Below, piece by piece: positions 50,647 through 61,780 of a DNA stretch of 64,000 bases. The position numbers were made by a program, and so were the translations under genes. Source of the DNA: Basidiobolus meristosporus CBS 931.73 (Eukaryota; Fungi; Basidiobolomycota); the NCBI GenBank assembly GCA_002104905.1, contig MCFE01000074.1:62001-126000 (forward strand), in the 5' to 3' direction. Below the pieces are notes generated by a model. That model ran no database searches. It saw nothing but the letters and a program-made list of their open reading frames with translations, and was not told where the DNA came from. The first letter of the stretch is position 1; every line of letters begins with the position of its first letter.

Positions 50647-53196
50647 ACTGTCCAACTTGGATAGCTACCTGTATCCATTGCAGGATTAATTTTGTATGCT
50701 TTCTAGCGGTATCACAGTAAATGGCTGTCATATAAAAGCACAAATTATTATTTGTATTGGATTTACCTCAACCATCAGCAAGATAACTGGCTTTTCTGGG
50801 CACAATGGATGGTATTGCTGTTGAATGTGTGAGATGCAAGGGACCTACTCCATAATGCACACACATTATTATTGACTAAACACCAACACTTAGAACATCA
50901 ACTTTCTGCAGAAAGAATGTACAGAAGTCAGCATGCATTGCAATAAAGTTGGCAAGCTATAAGCTATTGGCCAGAATGTGGAATTAATTGGAACCTGAAG
51001 ATACTTGAGATAGAGGGTATCTGTTGGAGCAAAAGCTTTCCACTGGGAGCAATACACTTACTTTTCAACAATAACCCTATACTGATAACCAAGTTGTACA
51101 TGGAGCATTTCAAGCTAAATGAGCCCTTTGTGATGCCGCAGAAATTTGAAAGAATTGTCAAGATATTATGGAGTATCTGCCACTGTAAGCACTACTCATG
51201 GGCCCCAATCAGCATTCATATGCATTTCCAACAATACAAGTGCATGCACTGGATATGTATTTATTCAAATGGCCTTCTGTAGCCATTCCCACCAAGAGTA
51301 CATTGGAAGCATTGGGAGTTATATGTGGACATTGTGGGAATATTCATCCAGAAGCGGATCACCAATGCCAACTTGATGCCTCTACAACTTTTGTGCAAAG
51401 ACTCTGTGACATGATTTGAGTTGCTATACTACAAATATCAATCTGAACATGTGGATCTCTGCCACTGCTGTATACATTTGCTACTCCATTGTGCTTGGTG
51501 TGTTGAAAATATTGAACCTTGCTTCACCTTTTGGGAGTTTCCTATGGAGCAGATGTGTGGGGAGATAGGAAGACAAGTCAAGTTGGAGGTACTACCATAT
51601 CCCAATCTCATCAAGAATATTACCTTCAAGTCTGCCAAGGATGTGATGAGTTGGCACATGGAGGACAGCCTGGAAGAGTTGGAAAATACAAAGGACATGT
51701 TGTGTTGTATTATGATTAGTTTGAGGCTTGTTCTACAATGTATAGGCTAATCAACAATATACAACAACTTCCAGTATGCTAATACTGAAATAGTTTATTG
51801 GGAGTTTGAAATACCAATAGAAGATATAACTTTCACTAATTTCCTCAATCTTAGGCTCAAAATATACTGTAGGCGGTGTTTATCACTTCTACAGCAGTGT
51901 TCTGACCTTCTGTTGACTAATGAGCTTATTTACTTTTAGAGTAACTTTTGCTTATTTGGAAGTCACTTTCCTTTCTGAGAAAATATTTCCTAACATGGAA
52001 ATTCCAAACTTCCCTTTAACCTAAAGGGGTGTGTTGTAGAAGTCTCCAAAGGGGTCTTTAGACCTAAAGGGGTGTTTAAAGGGGTGTCTAAAGGGGTGTC
52101 TTTAGAGTAAAGGGGCTTCTTGTACTGGTCTCTAAAGTGGACTTTACACCAAAGGGGTGCCTAAAGGGGCTTCTTTAGAGTAAAGGGGCTTCTTAGATGG
52201 GACTTTTCTGACAGAAAAGTGGTAGTTTCTTGTAGAACTTAGATTTGATTCTTGTGAGCTTTGCAGTCTCTTTACTGATGTAGTACTGATCAAAGTCAGA
52301 ATACTCAACAGTGTAAGTGATGCAGGGGAAGTCTTATAACCTTTAAACTTGTAATTGTAGTGTGGAGATTCTGGAAAGAGAGGCTCTCCCTTTATTTTTT
52401 AGCTGGAGAAGTCATATATATGAAAATTTTGAAGGATCAAGGTTTTTGGGCAATTGCGCAAGCAATACACGTGATACAAAGCTAAAACTTTGCAGTGGCG
52501 CAGATCGGACATAGGTGCAGCAACTGTGAAATTCTCACGTGATTTAATTGGCTGGTTCAAAAGTTACATGCGATCAAAGTCACCATAGTAATCCTAGCAA
52601 TAAGGCATAGTATATGTAATAATTGGACTCTTTTGGTCATAACTCCTTAAGTACTGCTTCAAATGAGCTGTAATTTGAAACATGTGTTGGCTACTACGTG
52701 TTCTGTATGACATAATATTCTTGGGTGGATTGCTTGTCAGGGTCTGGAGCATTTGTACTTCAAAGTTGGACTAACCCTAACCCTAAATACTCTATGGTAA
52801 ATTGGTAAGATAGCATTATACAGAACTATCTGTGGGCTGCCATACTGCCATGATAATGCCATAAGTGGCTTGCAAAGAGGCCATCAAAACACTGTAAAGC
52901 TTTTTGCCATATCAGGCAGCTGGATGTACTGGCCAGTTAGATCCACTCAGATAGTTGTAGAGTGCACCAAGCCTGCACAAAGCCATGCCACCCTTGGCAA
53001 AATACTATACAAACACAATTATGTTTTTTAACATTGTTTGGCTGTAAAATTAGCCAAATGCCATTGTAATCCCATCATAAGATTGCCTAGATAGTCATTG
53101 ACTCTATGCTGCTGATATTATTGTGATCTCCTGGTGGGTTCTTGATGGCTCATCTAGATTGGATCCACCAGCAAGACCTAATTATTTTTCATAGGG
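50647..53196 (+). mobile_element. EnSpm/CACTA-like fragment: Tnp2 core 50650-51700 and terminal region 52796-53196 ending TTTTCATAGGG
   Basis: ORF 51421-51750 reads HLLLHCAWCVENIEPCFTFWEFPMEQMCGEI..V...PYPNLIKNI. 52796-53196 is the reverse complement of 31295-31700. Confidence 0.8.
52023..52188 (+). repeat. Cluster of nine AAAGGGG motifs
   Basis: Motifs at 52023, 52048, 52066, 52078, 52090, 52109, 52151, 52163 and 52182. Confidence 0.9.
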
Positions 53197-55349
53197 ATAT
53201 GTAACATCATTTCCCCTTTGATTTGAGTCACTTCCATATATATGCTGCCAAGAAGTATAGCAAAGTTGTCTGGCTCCTAACCAAACCCCACTGCTGGCAG
53301 CAGCAGAAGAACAGTTGGACACCAGTTTGCTTGGACATTCAGTGCAACAAGCAGGGCTACAACCAAAAAAGGCCCTGTGGACATTGTGCCCACCAAATGG
53401 AATAATGCAGACTCCTCAAACTTGCAGTCAAGTAGGCATATAGGAATCTGTGCAGAGCTGCAAGCTAACCATAATGCTGAGGCAGTTGAGAATGTAGCAA
53501 AAGCAGTACCTTCAGTTAAAGACCAGCAAGTGACCATCATAACATCACCACCACCTGTATTAGCAGGTATGTTTCTGCTCATACTAAAGCATTAATGAGG
53601 CAACTAGGTGTAGTGGTTAATAGGATAGATGCAAAGACCCAGTGAAACCAGGAAATAGTCCACAAACAGGATGAGTGGAGAAAAGGTGTAGAGCAATCAT
53701 TACCCCAGCTAGAGAAAGCAGTATCTTTGCTGCAAAGATGGAACTCAAGTAGCTCAGTGTCATAGCCAAGAAATGAGCCATTGCCTAATGTAACAGCAGA
53801 GGAACACTGTCCAGTACTTGAAGTACAACAACAGTACCCAAAGATAAAGCCCACAGAAAAGCCTATCACAGCAAGGGATGGAAGAAATGTAATGTTTATA
53901 CCAAAGCCTAAAAATCAACAGATATTGAAGATCTGTGAAGCCCTTGAGTGCATTGATGAAGAGTGGGCTAATATTCAAGAGGCCATTAGAAGTCAGGCAC
54001 ACCAACAGCTTAACACCAGCATACCATGGGACCATCAGGAACTCTAGGCTAAGCAGAATGCACTTGACTTGTTTCATGAGCATTATTCTGGATTCATAAA
54101 AGTAACTGGATTGTTGGCCAGCATTGGTTTGCTAAGAGAGTATTGTACAATAGTAGAAACTATCAAAGGCAGAAGAACAACAATACAATGGCTAAAAACC
54201 AGCAGCTTCCTCAAGAGCCTGTTGCAAGCAGGGCCAAAAGCTCCAATCAAGCATCAAAGAGGCATCAGGTAGCTGGAAGAGTGCCAGTAAATGAAAGCAG
54301 GCAGACACAGATGCACCAGTACAACAATAACAAAGAAAAAGGTGGAGCTCTACTCAAGAAGCACCCAGTCAAAGTAGCAGTCAAGGACCTGGCAGTCATA
54401 AAAACAAGTGGCAACCTCAGGTGTTTGTTACAGCATGGGCTGAGAGCTCAAAACAAGTGGGAAAGAAGTGCCAGGTTGCCTGCAAAGAGCTGGCAAGAGG
54501 AAAGCAGGCTAAGATAAATGCATCAGAGCAGCATACATCAAGGGGAAAATGTAGTTCAATACAAGAAGTACTCAGAAAAAGTAGCATGGCAGCAATAGAT
54601 GAAAAGGTAGAGGGGAAAAAGTCTATCCAAGCCAGAGGCAGGGAAGCATGAGAAAAAAGCTGCTGTTCTCACTAATTAATGCAATAAGGCCAGGACAGAC
54701 TGAATCCTATCATAGCAAAGAAGAATTACCAACAAGAAAACAGCTGTTTTCACAAGAGTTGGAAGCGCAGCCAGTTGAGCTATACTCCATTGAGGTAGAT
54801 GAGTTTGCAGAGAAAGGCAATTTGTCTACCACAGCCTCCATAGCCCTGATTAATGATGGAGTGTAGATTGCACTGACAGACAAAGTAGGAACATCAAGTA
54901 CTCAAAAGGTTATCACAATGCCTTTGGTGGAGTTTTAGAACATTAATAGGCACACAAACAGGTTGCAGCACTTCTTCAAGAGCAGTGCTCAAGAAAATGC
55001 ACTTGAATATTACAAGTATTTATTGCAAAGACTGGCAGTGAAGGAGCTAGACCTTGCAGCACTGGCTGAAGACTAGGATGTATGGGAACCTGGGAATGAA
55101 CAATTGCATAAAGCTGTAGGGTTTCCGCCAAAGTCGTGGAAACAGAGAGTCACAGCAGATATACTTAATAAGTAATGGGTGTCAATGGAGTTACTTGTTA
55201 AATGTGGGGTTGGGCTTAATGCTAGTGTAGGGTATAGGGACTTATATAGGTAGATACAGTTGGCAATTGAGGTACAACTGAAGTTTCAACAGAAATAAAT
55301 CAATTGATATGCATGAAAAGTAAGAGAAATAGCTGAGTCAGGTAGTAAG

Positions 55350-56460
55350 TGTGAGTACTAAGTGTAGTATCCACTCTTTGCCCAAGAGTTCTCCCCAGAG
55401 TCCTACCACACTTATCTAGTTAGAACACTTACCATAACAGGAAGGTGTTCAACCCTTATTTTACAACACATTCACTATTATCTAAGCCCCCCAAGCAATA
55501 TATATATCTATCCAATTGAACCAAGGGAGAGGACCAAAAGATTGGGATGGAATAAACACAAGTCTTTAATAGACTTGTTCCGTTGGATAGTGCCACATTG
55601 AGCCATCAGTGTCAAATGATGCCTTAGTGTGCCAGAGAGGTAAAGTGAGCCTATACTTGGTCACAGAGTGTGAAACATAGCTCTGCATCTTCATGTAAAG
55701 CAGCCCCTGTGTTTCACCCATTGTGCAGGAGAAAATCCATTTTTTGCCCTTTTTTTGTAGATTGATGTAGCTCAGGATGTGTAAGAGCACAGGAGAACTG
55801 AAGATATGCATCTGGTACTTGATACCCATGGCACTCTGAATCTAGCTCCTGTAGCTTGTATCATGTCACAAAAATGAAAGGCACTATCTTGGTCCACTGG
55901 TACTATCTGGCACTATATTTAAATATTAGCCCTAAAGTAACATCTATACAAAGCACATATAGTGCCAGATAGTACCAGTGGACCAAGATAGTGCCTTTCA
56001 TTTTTGTGACATGATACAAGCTACAGGAGCTAGATTCAGAGTGCCATGGGTATTGAGTACCAGATGCATACCTTCAATCTGCTTATGCTTTAACACATCC
56101 TGCACAACATTGATCCAAAAAAATAGGTCAAAAAATTGGATCTTATCCAATACAATGCATGAAACACAGGGGCTGCTTTGCATGAAGATGAAGAGCTATG
56201 TTTCACACTCTGTGGTCAAGTAGAGGCTCTATTGGCCTCACTGTCACACTATGGCATCATTTGACACTGATGGCTCAATGTGGCACTATCCAACGGAACA
56301 AGTCTATTCAGGATGGGATGGCAATAAGAAAGATTGGGATGGAATAAACACAGGTCTTTATTACCTTGCTACCTACTATCAGAAGCTATTCTGAACTAAG
56401 TGGTACTGACTTGACCTACAAGCTCTCCCACTCACCAAGTACAGTCAGTAATAACCCACA
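55350..56460 (+). mobile_element. Solo LTR family F (about 373 bp after removing the MITE), TSD GTAAG
   Basis: TGTGAG...CCCACA flanked by GTAAG (55345-55349, 56461-56465), with TATA-like and AATAAA signals. The segment is absent from the homologue at about 40400. Confidence 0.8.
55571..56305. mobile_element. Fold-back MITE copy 2 (735 bp)
   Basis: Perfect 53-bp outer and 97-bp inner inverted repeats, 38-bp loop, same TIR as the PHIS element. Flanks are AAT and ATT. Confidence 0.9.
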
Positions 56461-56719
56461 GTAAGGAGTGTGAAAAAGAGGTAGTAGCCAATCAATGCAC
56501 ACAAATGTAGGAGGTGATAGAGTGCCCAGGATCAGAAAGTGAGAGAATGGGCAGAGAACCAATCAAAAGCCACTTTTGTGTTGTTTTGATGAAAAAAAAA
56601 TTTTTTGATGGTCTTTGCACTGTGTCCTGATGGGATTAGTACCTCTTAGTCATGGGACTTAGAATCTGTTGTGGTGTTTTTACAGGATCATCACAATAAT
56701 ATTTCATAGGGGCTCTTAA

Positions 56720-57098
56720 GTAGAAATCTAACTTTTCATGCTAGAACTCTGCACTTAGATATTAGACATAATTCATATATGGAGCTATAGAAAATACCTT
56801 AGTTAACTTAGTATACTGTCATACTGATGAAATGATTGCAGCCATATTTACCAAGCCACTAGCTAGTGGCATATTCAAATATCTTAGGTCAAAAATAGGA
56901 CTAGTCAGTATGAGCATTTAGTTTAGTGGGAGTGTTATAAGAACTTGTAATTCCACCTAAATATTCACCAAACTAAGTCACCAAGATCAATACCTGCAAA
57001 TCTTAGTGAATTCTGACCAAATTATTATCAGGAAATACTCAGAATACTTTCACCAATGCATCAAGTACCCCAAACATGAAAATTTAATTAGTTGTCCA
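56720..57098 (+). mobile_element. Copia family A remnant: RNase H end, PPT and first half of a 3' LTR (from 56933)
   Basis: Similar to 61220-61600. Confidence 0.8.
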
Positions 57099-60000
57099 TA
57101 TTGTAAAAGTTTGTAGATCCTCCTAAATATTCACATAATGTAGTCACTTAGATAATTACCTTCAAGTCCCAGAGAATACTGACCAAATTCCTTGTTGGGA
57201 TTTACTTGGAATATTTTCACCAAAATACCAGGTACACAGAACACAAGAATTCTCAAGGTTGTCCAAACAGCCCCAAACTTTGCACACATGTTCTTGGGAC
57301 CTTCCTTGACCTATTCTGTGTGTTTGCTATGCCAAGACCATGTAAACGTATAAATACTACTTTTACATTCAATAAATCCTGAAGTGAAAGCCACATAATC
57401 TACTTGCCCTCCCTGTCACTTCCAGAATCTCCAAGACTCCTGCAACAGGCTATGAGTCCCAAGCCATCACTCTCTGCAATGTCTACTACTGCTATTACTG
57501 GAATTTTCCCCTCTGCTGAAAAGTTGAATGGATCAAACTACCAAGTGTGGAAGGTGACAATGCAGATGCTGCTGCAAGAAAGAGGCTTTTGGGATATTGT
57601 CATGGGGGAAGAATGCCCTCCTAAAAACATGGGAGAGGATGCCTTCAAGTACCAGAAGAAAGAGCAAAGTGTCTTTACCTACACTTGCATTGATGTTAAA
57701 GACAAATTGCTAATTCAATGCTCAAAAGCAAAAACAGTAGAGAATGCCTGGAAGGCATTAGAAGACACCTACCAGTCATGTTCAGCTGCTAAGAATATGT
57801 GTCTGAGACAAAAACTCTTTACTACAAAGATGCAGCCAGGAGAAGAAATGTGAAATATAATTAATAGAATTACATGCTGGTTGATGAGACGGAATATGGG
57901 GGCAGACCAACTACTGATGAGGATGTGATACTAACCATCCTGAATAGCCTGACAGACAGGTTTCAGGGCCTTGTATCAGCCCTAGAGTCCGGAACTGAAG
58001 ATTTGACCTTAAATTACATAGATCAAAGGCTCCTGGATGAAGAATTAAGAAAATCAACTGCCAACAAGAAGGAAGAAGAAAATGCTTCAATAAGCTATGA
58101 TAACCAACAACGGAGGTACCCAAGACCTTAAAAAGGCAGCAGCATCCTGTTTTGCAACTACTGCAAAAGGAAAGAACACACATCAGACCAGTGTCTCAAA
58201 GAGAGAGATAAGCAGGAAAAGATGCCTGAATATGGAAATACTGCAGCAACTGAGATAGACTATACCTATCTGCACTACATATGGCCACACACAAGGATTC
58301 TCAGATGTGGTATATTGACTTTGGAGCATCTCAACACTTTATACACCAAAAAGAACTTTTACCCAATATCAAGAAATTCCAATCAAGAAGGTTTTCATTG
58401 GTTACAACAGAACACTTGATGCAGTGGGAGAAGGAACTATCCAAGTCAACCTTAGAAGCAGTGAAGGAAGCCATACACTGACCTTTAAAGAAGTGCTCTA
58501 TGTACCAGAAATAGCTAACAACCTACTATCTGTAAGCAAGGCCATAGCAGAAGGACTCAGTTTCAGCTTTAACAATACTGGATGCAGGATCACTGATCAA
58601 AATAGTGCCTGTATTGGTTTGGGTATCAGATATCAAATCTATACAACCTGACATATATCTCATTGTATCTGGAAGCCAATACATGGAACTTAAGTGAAGA
58701 AACACCAATGCTTTGGCACAGGGGATTTGGACACATCAATATTGATTAATTGCTCAAAATGGTCAAAGATGAGCTAATTTCTAGAGTAAAAATTGATCCC
58801 TCAGCTAATTTGGAGCACTGTGAGGCCTGCATATATGGGAAACATGCCAGACAACAATTCAAGAGCTCTGGGCTAATTAAAACTAAGAAAAACTATATCT
58901 GATTTACTCAGATCTGTGTGGACCTATGTAAAATTTATCCTCAGGTGGGATGAAGTATTTAATTGCTTTTATTGATGATTATACAAGATATATGTGGGTC
59001 TACTAAATGGAGAGAAAAGAAGAAGCTTTGTCTAAGTTCATGGAGCTCAAAGCCATGGTGGAGAGAGCAACTGGTGAAAATGTCCAGAAAATGTGCTCTA
59101 ACAACGGTGGAGAATATACCTCAAAACTCTTCATCCACTTCTGCAAAATTCATGGGATGAAGCAAGAGACTACTGTACCATACTCCCTACAGCAAAATGA
59201 AGTAGCCCTACATGCAAACAGATCAGTAACAGATGTAGCAAGATCTATGATCCATGATCAAAAAATATCCTAAAATTTTTAGGCAGAATCAGCTGCCACT
59301 GCTGTATACCTTAAAAATAGGAGTTATAACAGAGCACCTTGTGATTCTACTCCATTTGAAGCATGGAATAGGTACAGACCAAGTGCAGAACAGCTAAGAA
59401 TATTTGGGTATACAGCATATGCCAAGAAACTGCCGGCAAATCAGTCAAAATTTGAGCCAAAAAGTGTAAAATGCATATTCTTGAGCTACTGCAATGAGTG
59501 TAAGGCATACAGACTCTACAATACCAATATAAAGAAGGTAATCAAGTCCAGGGATGGGTTGCTTGATGAAAATGCAAAATTTTCACAAAACACCGCATCA
59601 GATGATGATGAAAATTTGATCTTAACTCAACCAATGGTCAGGATTAAATCAGAGCAAAGCAATGAAAACATTTTCTCTCCAGAGGACTCTACAACCGTAG
59701 TTCACCCTGAAGCAGTGCCCAGGAATATCCCAGAAGTGATCATTCCAGTATCATATGTCTGGATATCCCATTGGACAAGAAATAGCCCAAATTACTATAT
59801 CAATGTGGGTAAAAAGCTAGTCTATGCCTATTCAGTCCATATTGATGAGCCCCAGACTGTAAAAAAGGCCCTAATTAGCCCTCAGACAAAGTTTTGGAGA
59901 CTTGCAATGACTGAGGAATATCAGGCCCTGATGGAAAATCAAACTTGGGACATGGTCAAATAACCAATCAACCAACAATCAATTGGATGCAGATGGGTCT

Positions 60001-61780
60001 TCAAGATAAAATACAAGGCTGATGGTACAACTAAAAGATACAATGCCAGACTTATGGCCAAAGGATACTCTCAAACAAAAGGACTTAACTATACTGAGAC
60101 CTTTGCACCTGTAGCCAAGTTTAACTCCATCAGATTAATATTTGCTATTGCCGCCTAATATAAGTTATTTATTCATCAAATGGATGTAAAAACTGCATTT
60201 TTGAATGGAGAACTTGATGAGGATGTGTATATGGACCAGCCTGATGGGCTTGCTGACCAAGATAGGCCTCATTTGGTCTGCAAGCTTAAAATGTCTCCAT
60301 ATGGTCTCAAACAATCACTAAGAGCCTGGAATTGCATGATATATTCTTATTTGGAATCTCTGAGTTTCAAAAGGGGTAATGCTAACTATAGTACATACTA
60401 TAAGCCAGATAGAGCAAGTCCAGCTTGATTAGCTTCATATGTGGATGATCTTATTATAGCCACCAATAACCTAGCAACATTGGAAGAGATTAAATCCAGC
60501 CTATCTAAGGAGTTCAAGATGTCCAATCTAGGAGAATTCAGTTATTACTTAGGGTTTAAGTCCTCCATAGACAGAAGTACCCAGACTATAGCCCCAAGCC
60601 AGTCCAAGTATATTCAAGATATACTAAAGAAGTACCAAATGGAAGACTGTAAACTGGCAGCTACCCTAATGGAGACAAACCTTTACTTGGTCTAAGCTCA
60701 ACCAAATCAAGAGAGCCTGGTCCCATCTGAAAGCCTTGACTTTTCTTATCAATCTATGGTCAGCAGTCTGATGTATATCATGCTTGGAACACATCCAGAT
60801 ATCTCACATTCAGTAGGAGTTGCCAGCCCACATAATCACAACTATAGATCTGATCATATTGCAGTAGTTAAGTGGAATTTTAGATACTTAAAAGGAGCTG
60901 CTGATATGTGTTTAAGATACATTTATAAGGATTTAGAACAGGATCTTGTGGGATACTCTGATGCTGATTGGGGACATAATTTGGAAGACAGAAGATCCAC
61001 CACAGGATACACCATTCTTTACTGTAAAGGAGCATTTTCATGGAATTTACAAAAGCAACCAACTGTGGCACTTTCCACCACAGAGGCAGAGTATATGGCA
61101 GCCTGTGATGCTACAAAAGAAGCAATGTGGCTAAGAAAGCTTTTTACAGATTTAGGTCTATGTCAAAAAATGACTATTACATTATTTCAAGATAATCAAG
61201 GATGTATACAATTAAGTAGAAATCCAACTTTTCATGCCAGAACTACACACATAGATATTAGACATCATCTCATATCTAAAGCTATAGAGAATAACTTAGT
61301 TAGCTTAGTTTACTGTCCTTCAGATGAAATGATTGCAGACATATTTACCAAACCATTAGCTAGGTGACAAGTTTGAATATCTTAGGTCAAAAATTAGGAC
61401 TAGTCAGTATGAACATTTAGCTGGGTGGTAGTGTTTTAAAAAACTTTAATTCCACCTAAATATTTACCTAGCTTAGTCACTTAGAAAATTACCTTCAAGT
61501 CCTAGAGAATACTGAGAGAATTCCTTGTTGGGATTTACTAAGAATATTATCACCAAAATACCAGGTACCTAGAGCATGAAAAATCTCAAAGTTGTCCAAA
61601 CAGCCCCAAACTTTTCACACATGTTCTTGGGATCTTCCTTAATCTATTCTATTCTTTTGCTATGCCAAGATCATGTAAAAGTATTAATAATACTTTTACA
61701 TTCAATAGATCATTAAGTGAAAACCACGTAATCTACTTGTCCTCCTAATCACATTCAATATCTCCAAGACTCTTACAGCA
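57099..61780 (+). mobile_element. Full-length but heavily decayed copia family A copy A4 (LTRs 57099-57447 and 61432-61780)
   Basis: PBS GGCTATGAGTCC. Gag, PR, IN, RT ([10 protein letters not shown]) and RH (ADIFTKPLAR) are present as many broken ORFs. No TSD was found. Confidence 0.9.

Larger units (their letters stand above)
53197..56711 (+). mobile_element. EnSpm/CACTA-like right part: decayed accessory ORF (about 53270-55300) and terminus CATAGGG
   Basis: Homologous to 34630-35350 and 39860-40690; interrupted by LTR 55350-56460. Confidence 0.75.

Noticed and set aside
52023-52188. CRISPR-like or satellite array
   Set aside because: The units are 7-bp cores with irregular, mutually similar spacers, there are no cas genes, and the context is eukaryotic.
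52468-52541. CACGTG boxes as CDEI elements of a point centromere
   Set aside because: No adjacent very AT-rich CDEII or CDEIII motif, and the repeat-rich context does not fit a point centromere.
55537-56362. 34-bp direct repeat (55537-55570 and 56329-56362) as an unusually long TSD of the MITE
   Set aside because: The second copy is 23 bp away from the MITE end. It is better explained as an internal duplication of the AATAAA region of LTR F.
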